This document shows, one piece after another, positions 1 to 7,941 of a stretch of DNA of 64,000 bases. Numbering within the stretch: position 1 is the stretch's first letter; every line of letters starts with the position of its first letter. The position numbers and the translations under genes are program-made. The notes under the pieces were generated by a model that did no database searches, was not told the origin of the DNA, and saw only the letters and a list, made by a program, of their open reading frames with translations. Source of the DNA: Candidatus Cloacimonadales bacterium (GTDB lineage: Bacteria > Cloacimonadota > Cloacimonadia > Cloacimonadales > JAIOQZ01). The stretch spans positions 2,285,949-2,349,948 of the forward strand of contig OY762463.1 in assembly GCA_963665815.1 (NCBI GenBank). Direction: 5' to 3'.

Positions 1-146
1 TTAACTTTACCAAATCGTTTGGCTAGCATGAAAGCATAGCATGGGTAAAGGCATCCATGTGAACAACCTTGAACATGGTTGATCGTGTAGTCACCATATT
101 CCACACCAGTTTTATATAGTAGAGATTTACGTTTGATACTTTTCAT
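1..146 (-). CDS. N-terminal 48 codons of a radical-SAM-like three-Cys-motif protein (runs off the left edge)
   Basis: ATG at 146, 7 nt after the stop of the upstream gene. Translation is MKSIKRKSLLYKTGVEYGDYTINHVQGCSHGCLYPCYAFMLAKRFGKV. It has a C-x3-C-x3-C cluster in a GCxHxCxYxCYA context resembling SplB/COG1533-type radical SAM enzymes. Confidence 0.5.
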   Translation of the reverse strand, partial: MKSIKRKSLLYKTGVEYGDYTINHVQGCSHGCLYPCYAFMLAKRFGKV

Positions 147-152
147 TTTTCC

Positions 153-1208
153 TCAAAATGTAATTAAATCATTACCTTTTAAACCAGTTTTTAAACTATC
201 AATTCTTTGTACAATAATTTTACCTTCTTTTTCAAGTTTTTTCAATGAATTTCTTATTTCAGATTCAAGAAATGGTGACTCATCAATACATTCTTCTATA
301 ATTCTCTCATATGTTCTTCGAGAATTCCAATATTTATTATACAGAAAATCAGCACATTCACGTTTTTTTAGTAAATCAAAAATCGTTGTTTGATTTTTCA
401 TTTTTCCAATATATTCAATATTACCAAAATTATATTTTGCGAAACTTGATTTCATAATTGATGCACCCTTATAATGATTTGTTAGGTGAAAAAGATAATA
501 ATACGTTCTATTCTGATCTGGGAATGATATTCTATATGGATAAACAAAGCTGGCAATTTCTTTACATTTATTTCTATAAAGGCTAACAAGTTGCTCTTCT
601 CTTTCAGAACCAGATAATTCAATACACTTTCTCCACTGTTTTGTATTGAACAAAATATCCAACGTAGAATCTACTTTCCCAGAGGAAATTCCTCTGTTGA
701 TTCCATTGAACATGAAATTCAAGATAATCTCAGTCCTACTCTTGGTCATAATCTCTTTCAAAATAGAAAAATCAATGCTATATCCAAATGGGTCAATGAA
801 AAAAAGATTTGCACTTGTTGTTTTGTTGTTAATTAATGATAAGGCAACGGCATTAAAATCATTATTTATTAACTCACAGAAATCCATCAAATTGTTCTGA
901 ATTATTACTTTTTCAAGATTATGTAATATTGTCGGATCTTTTTCAATTATAATTAACTTTGTGTTTCTATTTAATTTTAAATTGTTATCCTTGATACTTT
1001 TTAAAATAATAATTGGAGAACCATCATGCTCAATATTATTCTCATCTTTGTAGATTCCATTTCCTCCATAACAGTCAAAAATAGTTAAATCATTGAATTT
1101 TCCGAGAATTTTAATCCATATATTGATGTAGTCACCAACTGTTTTATGCTTTACTTTAGTATGATCCTCAATATCCCAGTAATTAATTTCGTAATTTTTG
1201 TCTGTCAT
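153..1208 (-). CDS. Three-Cys-motif partner protein (TcmP-like), methyltransferase-like motif I
   Basis: The ORF track starts at a GTG (1214). The ATG at 1208 is preceded by AAGGAG. The N-terminus YWDIEDHTKVKHKTVGDYINIW...IFDCYGGNGIY matches my recollection of the TcmP family (H-x2-K-x5-Y, then D-x-F/Y-x-G-x-G). It is co-oriented and almost abutting the three-Cys gene. Confidence 0.55.
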   Translation of the reverse strand: MTDKNYEINYWDIEDHTKVKHKTVGDYINIWIKILGKFNDLTIFDCYGGNGIYKDENNIEHDGSPIIILKSIKDNNLKLNRNTKLIIIEKDPTILHNLEKVIIQNNLMDFCELINNDFNAVALSLINNKTTSANLFFIDPFGYSIDFSILKEIMTKSRTEIILNFMFNGINRGISSGKVDSTLDILFNTKQWRKCIELSGSEREEQLVSLYRNKCKEIASFVYPYRISFPDQNRTYYYLFHLTNHYKGASIMKSSFAKYNFGNIEYIGKMKNQTTIFDLLKKRECADFLYNKYWNSRRTYERIIEECIDESPFLESEIRNSLKKLEKEGKIIVQRIDSLKTGLKGNDLITF

Positions 1209-1292
1209 GTTCACTCCTTACATGTTTATACAATTACATATATTACTACAGAGTTTGTCAAGCCCATAATCATTTGCTATAAACTTTCAAGC

Positions 1293-1320
1293 TTGACTTT
1301 AATCTCAATACTGTAAAAAT
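1293..1320 (+). promoter_or_regulatory. Putative sigma70-type promoter for the dehydrogenase gene
   Basis: TTGACT (1293-1298), then about 16 nt, then an extended -10 TGtAAAAAT ending at 1320. It lies about 28 nt upstream of the ATG at 1348. Confidence 0.3.
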
Positions 1321-1347
1321 TTTGGAAACCCACATCAGGACCGAAAT

Positions 1348-2349
1348 ATGCAAACAAAAGTATTGTTTTACTGGGATGCTCGTGCTGAGCTGAAAGATTA
1401 TCTAAAAGCCGGATTAACTAATTCTGAGATAGAAATGTTCTTCAAGGACGAGATTAGCGAGGAAGCTCTGAACAAGATTGTCCCGGAAATGGATATTCTT
1501 GTCTGCTGGAGACCTCCAAAAGAAATGCTGGAGAAAGCTTCCAAGCTAACTGTTTTGATAAACCCCGGTGCCGGAGTTCAGCACTTAAAAGAATTCGAAC
1601 AATTTTTCAGGGAACGAAGAATAACTTTGATCAATGGGCATGGGAACGCTTATTTTACTGCACAGCATGTTGTTGCCATGCTCCTAACTGTGACAAACAT
1701 GATAATCCCTCACCATAATGCAATGAAATCCGGTATGTGGAGGCTAGGAGATGATTTTGCAGCATCTGTTCCACTGCGTAACAGACATATTGGTCTGCTT
1801 GGTTATGGTCATGTCAATAGGCTTGTACATAAGTTTCTTAGTGGTTTTGATATGGAGTTATCCATCCTTAAAAGACATCTGTCGGAATCCGAAATTATCA
1901 GCAGGAAGTACTATTCTGTGGAACAACTTCACGATTTTCTCAAGGGTATCGACACGCTTATCATTGCAGTTCCATACACAGAAAAAACACATAATATGAT
2001 TGATAAACATGAACTTGAACTGCTTGGCAAAAATGGGATTATTATCAATGCCGGACGTGGTCCTGTTGTCAATGAAGAGGCTTTTTACAACAGTCTGAAA
2101 GACAGAACAATAATGATGGCAGCAATTGATGTCTGGTATAATTACAGACCAGAGCCAGATATAAACAGAGAGCTTCATCCTGCGGAATATCCATTTCATG
2201 AACTTGATAATGTTTTGTTATCTCCCCATAGAGCAGCATCTCCTTTCAGTGATTTGAAGAGATGGGATGAGGTTATTAAAAATATTTCATTATTCTCTAC
2301 CGGAAGCAAAGATCTTGTAAACATTGTAGATATCGAAGAAGGATATTGA
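1348..2349 (+). CDS. D-isomer-specific 2-hydroxyacid dehydrogenase family, NAD-binding
   Basis: IGLLGYGHVNRLV dinucleotide-binding loop. INAGRGPVVNEEAF, AAIDVW and SPHRA motifs (catalytic R/E/H region) are typical of the family. Confidence 0.85.
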   Translation: MQTKVLFYWDARAELKDYLKAGLTNSEIEMFFKDEISEEALNKIVPEMDILVCWRPPKEMLEKASKLTVLINPGAGVQHLKEFEQFFRERRITLINGHGNAYFTAQHVVAMLLTVTNMIIPHHNAMKSGMWRLGDDFAASVPLRNRHIGLLGYGHVNRLVHKFLSGFDMELSILKRHLSESEIISRKYYSVEQLHDFLKGIDTLIIAVPYTEKTHNMIDKHELELLGKNGIIINAGRGPVVNEEAFYNSLKDRTIMMAAIDVWYNYRPEPDINRELHPAEYPFHELDNVLLSPHRAASPFSDLKRWDEVIKNISLFSTGSKDLVNIVDIEEGY

Positions 2350-2513
2350 TTTTCGAATAAGCGTTCATATAATCATTTAATTCAATTACTTATTAATCTT
2401 GAGCAGAATTCATTTTGTATTGACAAAACCCTTCCACTGTATTACTTTTTGTTAAGTTATAGTAAACAACAGTATTATGAACAGAGCAAAATAACGGAAA
2501 GAAGGAGTAAGTA

Positions 2514-3257
2514 GTGAAGTATTATATTTTAGTTTTATGCCTGCTGATTAGCTTGTCTATCTCTGCTGAGACAATTACATTAGGATATTTTGATAATGCA
2601 CCTCATGCATTCAAAGATGGAAATGGTGCTTGTGATGGAGCTTTAAAAGAATTTTTACAGAAGAAAATTGGACCCGAAATGGGGGTATCAGTTAATCTTG
2701 TGTCTCAGCCAATTGCGAGAATTCTTCAATCTATGAGTGATGGAACTATTGACGGAGCAGTATTGTTCGGTTTCACAAAAGAAAGAGCTGAAAAATACAA
2801 CTTTCCAACAAATAATTTCTTTGAACTCGTACCGGTGATAATCGTTCCAATTGATAGCAAGATCAAAAATATCAAAACAGCTGAAGACTTGAAGGATCTC
2901 AAAATTGGTTATGCTCTTAAAGCAATCGAAAGTCCTTTTGTCAGAGGGAAGGGATTGGAATTTGATAAGATTGGTGGAACAGATGCACTGGAAGTCAACT
3001 TCAGGAAACTGACCGGCAAAAGAATAGATGCTATCTATTGGCCTGATAAGCCCGTTGTTGTTCAATTAGTTAAAAAACTGGGACTGGAAGGGAAAGTAAG
3101 GATTATACAACTGCCAGAGAAAGCTATTCCACTTTATACAATTTTCTCAAAGAAATCAAGCCATAAGGATTTATCCTCGCGGTACGATAAAGCATTTGAG
3201 AAGATTAATGGTAAGAAATTATATATGGCAATGTTAACTCCGTTTCTTTCAAAATAG
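2514..3257 (+). CDS. Secreted family-3 solute-binding-protein-like protein (orphan, no permease or ATPase nearby)
   Basis: GTG start 6 nt after GAAGGAG. Signal peptide MKYYILVLCLLISLSISA. DGAVLFGFTKERAEKYNF resembles the SBP_bac_3 core motif. Confidence 0.6.
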   Translation: MKYYILVLCLLISLSISAETITLGYFDNAPHAFKDGNGACDGALKEFLQKKIGPEMGVSVNLVSQPIARILQSMSDGTIDGAVLFGFTKERAEKYNFPTNNFFELVPVIIVPIDSKIKNIKTAEDLKDLKIGYALKAIESPFVRGKGLEFDKIGGTDALEVNFRKLTGKRIDAIYWPDKPVVVQLVKKLGLEGKVRIIQLPEKAIPLYTIFSKKSSHKDLSSRYDKAFEKINGKKLYMAMLTPFLSK

Positions 3258-3280
3258 TATTCTTAGATTCACAAATTGCT

Positions 3281-3306
3281 GGACTGCAAATGCAGTCCTT
3301 TTTTTT
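3281..3306 (+). terminator. Rho-independent terminator
   Basis: Perfect hairpin GGACTGCA-AA-TGCAGTCC followed by T8. Confidence 0.7.
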
Positions 3307-3370
3307 ATAGATTAAGGTCTATAGATACATAGGTTGACTTGAATTTCATGATAAGTATTTGGAGAAAGGA

Positions 3371-4573
3371 ATGAACATAAAAAAATATATAATTATCGCT
3401 TTTTCGTGTTTAGCATTTATCGGATGCACAACTAACACAAAATCCGTAGTACCGAATAAAACTGAGCCGGTGAAACAGATTGAACCAATTGAGAAAGCTC
3501 AGATTTCAGAAGCTCCGGTAAAGGCAGAGTCTGCTCCCACAAAAATTATAGGAGCTGCAAAAATTGATTCTGTCAGAAAGATTGAACAACCTGCAGAAAC
3601 TCAGGAACCTGAACGTAATTATACTATTATCGGGACAGGCGATATAATGCCCGGAACTAACTTCCCGTCGGTGAAGTACCTTCCACCAGATAACGGCAGG
3701 AATCTCATTTCTGCTGAAGTTACAGAAATTCTTAAGTCGGCAGATGTAACTTTCGGAAATCTGGAAGGTGCTGTACTTAACGAGGGTGATTCACCTAAGA
3801 CCAAGAAATACCTGTTCCGTATCCCGGAAGACCTTACCTGGATTCTCACCCATAACGGATATGACGTAATGAGTTTGGCAAATAACCATGCGGGAGATTT
3901 TGTCGATCTTGGCAGAAAAGGCACAATGCGGACTCTTGACAGACTGGGGATAGAGTATGCCGGCTTGACCGAGTGTCCTCAGACAACATTTGTAAAAGAT
4001 GGAGTAAAATATGGTTTTGCTGCGTTTGCTCCGTTTCGCGGATGTAAAAATAATCACTTGAAGAGTGAGATGACCGGGATTATAAACAATCTGGCAAAGG
4101 AAAACGATATTGTCATAGTCTCCTACCATGTCGGAGCAGAAGGGGCTAAAGCAACCCATGTGACGAGAGAAACAGATTATTTTATGGGGGAAGACAGAGG
4201 AAACGTATATCAGATTGCCAGAGATGCAATTGATGCCGGAGCGGATATTGTTTTCATGCATGGTCCGCACGTAGTCAGAGCAGTAGATTTATATAAAGAT
4301 CGTTTTATCGCATATAGCCTGGGTAACTTCTGTACCTGGGGAAGATTCAACCTGAATGGTCCTAACGCAATTGCTCCCATTGTGAAAGTTGAAGTCAACA
4401 AAGAAGGTGAGTTCCAGTCTGGTAATATATTCTCTGCACACCAGAATTATGCTCATGGTCCCTGGCTTGATGCTCAGAACAGAGCGGTCAAAGAGATTTC
4501 CCGTCTGACTTCTGAGGATATTCCAGAAGCTGAACTGATTATCCACGAAGACGGCAGGATCGAGAGGAAATGA
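3371..4573 (+). CDS. CapA-family (poly-gamma-glutamate capsule synthesis / metallophosphatase-like) lipoprotein
   Basis: ATG at 3371 follows GGAGAAAGGA; the track start at 3359 is a TTG inside the RBS. Lipobox FSCLAFIGC. Motifs GDIMPG, FGNLEGA, SLANNHAGDF, YHVGAEG, HGPHVVR and YSLGNF are typical of CapA/PGA_cap. Confidence 0.8.
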   Translation: MNIKKYIIIAFSCLAFIGCTTNTKSVVPNKTEPVKQIEPIEKAQISEAPVKAESAPTKIIGAAKIDSVRKIEQPAETQEPERNYTIIGTGDIMPGTNFPSVKYLPPDNGRNLISAEVTEILKSADVTFGNLEGAVLNEGDSPKTKKYLFRIPEDLTWILTHNGYDVMSLANNHAGDFVDLGRKGTMRTLDRLGIEYAGLTECPQTTFVKDGVKYGFAAFAPFRGCKNNHLKSEMTGIINNLAKENDIVIVSYHVGAEGAKATHVTRETDYFMGEDRGNVYQIARDAIDAGADIVFMHGPHVVRAVDLYKDRFIAYSLGNFCTWGRFNLNGPNAIAPIVKVEVNKEGEFQSGNIFSAHQNYAHGPWLDAQNRAVKEISRLTSEDIPEAELIIHEDGRIERK

Positions 4574-4601
4574 GTAAATTAGCTGAGTTATCTTGATTTA
4601 C

Positions 4602-4629
4602 TTGACAAAATAAATATCGTTCTTATAAA
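4602..4629 (+). promoter_or_regulatory. Putative sigma70-type promoter
   Basis: TTGACA (4602-4607), 16-nt spacer, TATAAA (4624-4629), directly upstream of the nucleotidyltransferase ORF. Confidence 0.4.
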
Positions 4630-4635
4630 AAAAAT

Positions 4636-4941
4636 TTGATTTTATCAAAATTGACCATAGATGAAGCAGCAATTGCTCAGTACGCAGAACAACACCATAT
4701 TGCAGAAATGTATGTGTTTGACTCAGCTCTCAGAGATGATTTTAATGATTCAAGTGATATTGATATTCTTGTTTCATTTGATCAGAACACTGAAATTTCT
4801 TATTTTGATATACTGGAAATAAAACGGGTGCTATCTGATTTCTTCAACAGAAAAGTTGATCTCGTAGAGAAAGAAGCACTTGTAAATCCATATAGAAAAA
4901 AAGAAATATTCAGAACAGCGAGGAAGCTCTATGGAAGTTAG
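4636..4941 (+). CDS. Small nucleotidyltransferase-domain protein (MNT/MntA-like)
   Basis: VFDSALRDDFNDSSDIDILVSF fits the minimal NTase fold motif (hGS-x9-13-DhD), with D replacing the usual G. TTG start; the exact start is uncertain. No DUF86/HepT partner is adjacent. Confidence 0.65.
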   Translation: MILSKLTIDEAAIAQYAEQHHIAEMYVFDSALRDDFNDSSDIDILVSFDQNTEISYFDILEIKRVLSDFFNRKVDLVEKEALVNPYRKKEIFRTARKLYGS

Positions 4942-4956
4942 TCTCTGCGAAACCTT

Positions 4957-5586
4957 CTAATACTCATACACTTTATCAAAATTCCTGATAAACTCATTTC
5001 TGATTGCAGAAATTATCTGCTGATGTGTTAAACTATAACCTTCTTTTACAATAGAAGTCACAAACTCATCGTGAGAACGCCCTTTACGGTAATCCGGTTC
5101 TCTTTCAGGATGAGCCAGATACTGTGTGATTCTGCTGATCTCCTCTCCCAGATTAAGCACAGCATGATAGAATATGTGGTTCTCTCTTCGGTAGATAGAA
5201 CAGCCTAGAATCTTTTTGTCGTTTATGCAGATATCTGATATACCCTTGTAATACAGATTCCTGATTCCGATAGTTTCCAATGCTTTTATAATAACCGTGT
5301 TAATCTGCTCAAAGAAATCTTTCGATCTTATTCTGCTCTCGGGATTGTATGACAGAGATATAATAACCATTCTGGGTGACAAAAATACTGTTTCACCACC
5401 TGATGGGCGTTTCATGATTACAGTATTGTCCTTTTCCACAGCTTCTTTGTTTACAACATTCTCTGCTTTATTGCTCTGCCCGATAACGATATAGTCCTGA
5501 TCCGGTATCCATAACTTGAAATGGAATCCGGGTTCGGTCTTCAGGTAAAGGAACTGATCCGGTAAGTTATATTCTATAATATTCAT
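4957..5586 (-). CDS. Lipoate-protein ligase / octanoyltransferase-like (BPL_LplA_LipB catalytic domain only)
   Basis: Start placed at the internal ATG 5586 (MNIIEYNL...). Motifs IMKRPSGGETVFLSP and ICINDKKILGCSIYR (conserved Lys region) resemble LplA-family catalytic domains. Confidence 0.6.
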   Translation of the reverse strand: MNIIEYNLPDQFLYLKTEPGFHFKLWIPDQDYIVIGQSNKAENVVNKEAVEKDNTVIMKRPSGGETVFLSPRMVIISLSYNPESRIRSKDFFEQINTVIIKALETIGIRNLYYKGISDICINDKKILGCSIYRRENHIFYHAVLNLGEEISRITQYLAHPEREPDYRKGRSHDEFVTSIVKEGYSLTHQQIISAIRNEFIRNFDKVYEY

Positions 5587-5718
5587 CAATATCCCTTTAA
5601 GTGTTTTCCATGAATGTAGAAATAGATGATAAATTGTCCAGAGAAAATAAAAATTGGCAATTCTCATTTTCGATAAATCTTAATCTTTAATCGAAATATA
5701 ATAACTTGTGCTTTGCAG

Positions 5719-5857
5719 GAAAAATGCCCTCTTCATTTTCTTTGATGCCAAAGAAAAGAAGCAAAAGAAAGTCACTCTTTTTCAAAATGTATTTCCAGTA
5801 AACTGGAACCATAAATCTTCCCTAAAATCCTTCCAAGGCTTCAGGATTTCTTAACGG
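5719..5857. repeat. Intergenic structured repeat, copy 1
   Basis: Near-identical to 44290..44464 except for a 39-nt insertion in copy 2. Contains hairpins TTCTTTG-ATGC-CAAAGAA, CCAGT-AA-ACTGG and AAATCCT-N11-AGGATTT. Confidence 0.8.
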
Positions 5858-6099
5858 AAAGATTTCTTATACGGATGAAAAAGAGAAAATTCCATGAATT
5901 TATTTGTAGTACTTTATATACACATTATTCAGAACTTTTGGAGATTTTACTCAAGATAAAAACTGCCGGACAGAATCCGCCTCTTGATTCGGTCCGACAG
6001 AATATCACTCAACTTAGTCAGCTTCACATCCTCCAGACATTGCAAAGCTCAAAAGGAGTAATTATGTACGAAGGTTACTTTGATTTATGTTAAACTTTT

Positions 6100-7569
6100 T
6101 TAAGCACTCTCTGCGAATATATTTTTCTCAGGAACATTTTTTTGTTTCAAGGTGTTAACCGTTGCATCAATCATTGGTTTTGGACCGCACATATAGACTT
6201 TTCTGTCAGATACTTCCAGATCCTTGATTACATCTGTAACAAAACCTTTTTGTCCTGCCCAGTTCTCATCGCTGGCAACAACCTTTATTAACTCAAGTCT
6301 GTGACACATGCTTTCCAGCTCTTTATACTGCTCTTCATAGAGGAACTCCTCTTCCTTGTTAACGCCATAAACAAGCGTCATTTTCTTCACATTCCCTGAT
6401 TCCTGCATAATATCCTTAATCAATGGAATAAACGGAGTAATACCGATGCCACCGGCAACAAACAAAAGGTTTTCAGCTTTTTTATCAACTATCAGTTCGT
6501 GTCCAAGCGGACCTTCCAGGGTGACTTTATCACCGAGTTTAAACTGATCAAAAATGATGTGAGTTCCATAGCCTTTATTGACCTTTTTAACAGTTATGGA
6601 AAGACTTCTGCCATCCTCGTTAAATGATGAGATTGTGTATGATCTGTACATTACAGGTTCTTCCTTAATTCTCACCATAATAAACTGTCCCGCTTTGTAG
6701 TCGATCTTTTCCGGTGTAATAAAACTGAATGTGTATTCTCTTGTGTCATCTTTGAGTTGCCTCACAGATAAAATCTCTGCCTTGATAATCTGTCGCTGCT
6801 CAAATCCTGCCAGATCAGCTTCAGCAGCAATCTTCTCGGCCTTTTTCTGAGTAGCAAGAGACAATAGACTTGATCCGCAATTGTAAACACATGTAGCGCA
6901 TTTAATGCAGCGTTCATCTTCTATCTGGTTTGTTTCAGGATTGAAACTCAGATACGGATCAAGCTGCATAGGACAAACTCGGGCACATTTTCCACATGCC
7001 TGACATTTCTCAACAGCCTCAACTGTTACAAGCTTATCTGTTTTAATATTTGCTTTAGTTTTTTTGGCTGCTTTGTAACTTAACCCCTGGATTGATCCCA
7101 TAGGACAAACCTTACACCATGACCTTGGAGCAACCAGTAATGAAAAGGCTGTTCCGAGCACTGTTGTTATCAGATAATTTACTACGAATATATAACCGAA
7201 TTTATCGAAAAATGAAACTGTGCCCCAGATTCTGGATACACTATAAATTCTTTTGCCGAACATATACATGAACCAGATAAACATAAGGCTGATTACTATT
7301 TTAGACTTAAAGAATTTCGGAAATTGCTTATTAAGACTGAAAGGCATTATGAACCTGTCGAAAAGCGATCCGTGGGGACATATGTTTCCACACCAATAAC
7401 GTCCCTTGAGAAACCCGGTTACCATAAGAGCCAGCATCATGGGGATAATCAGCAATCCCAGTTTAGGGTACCATAAACCGCCAACAGCAACAAGCGGGAT
7501 GAATATCCAGGCATGCTTCCTTACCGGAGTAAAGATTCTGTTAGTTTTAATGTTATAATACTTTTCCAT
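6100..7569 (-). CDS. Fusion protein: NapH/MauN-like polytopic membrane Fe-S domain + 2x[4Fe-4S] ferredoxin + FNR-like FAD/NAD(P)-binding reductase
   Basis: Start at ATG 7569, preceded by CAGGAG. Membrane-embedded CGNICPHGS and CKVCPMGS motifs. CQACGKCARVCP and CIKCATCVYNC clusters. RSYTISS (FAD RxYS motif) and VAGGIGITPF (NAD(P) binding). Confidence 0.75.
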   Translation of the reverse strand: MEKYYNIKTNRIFTPVRKHAWIFIPLVAVGGLWYPKLGLLIIPMMLALMVTGFLKGRYWCGNICPHGSLFDRFIMPFSLNKQFPKFFKSKIVISLMFIWFMYMFGKRIYSVSRIWGTVSFFDKFGYIFVVNYLITTVLGTAFSLLVAPRSWCKVCPMGSIQGLSYKAAKKTKANIKTDKLVTVEAVEKCQACGKCARVCPMQLDPYLSFNPETNQIEDERCIKCATCVYNCGSSLLSLATQKKAEKIAAEADLAGFEQRQIIKAEILSVRQLKDDTREYTFSFITPEKIDYKAGQFIMVRIKEEPVMYRSYTISSFNEDGRSLSITVKKVNKGYGTHIIFDQFKLGDKVTLEGPLGHELIVDKKAENLLFVAGGIGITPFIPLIKDIMQESGNVKKMTLVYGVNKEEEFLYEEQYKELESMCHRLELIKVVASDENWAGQKGFVTDVIKDLEVSDRKVYMCGPKPMIDATVNTLKQKNVPEKNIFAESA

Positions 7570-7941
7570 GAATTCTCCTGTAATTTTGTTTTGATGCAAA
7601 ATTCTTGACAGTATGAAATATGTCAACATATTTTTCATACTTATCATATTTGATATATTTGTTTTATTCAGGATTGATCATTTAAGTGGATATATAATAT
7701 TTAATTGTAGAGAGTTAAAGCTATAAATGAAGTTAAAGACACTATTTGGCAAAGTCTATGATGTTATAACGTTATTGAAGGGACAAATAGCATTTGAGGG
7801 ACATTACATCAACGATGCAAAGCGGTTTTATCAACAAATCCTTAATCCAGATGGTCAAGTTCACACAAGCTATAGCAATGCATGCACTGCGTATTCAATT
7901 CACAAAAACCAGATACTCGTTTGTCTATGCGATGCGCTATC

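Noticed and set aside
5875-6093. 72-aa ORF between the LplA-like gene and the FNR fusion gene.
   Set aside because: There is no RBS upstream of the ATG and the composition is not protein-like. It begins right at the end of the intergenic repeat element. I treat the region as non-coding.
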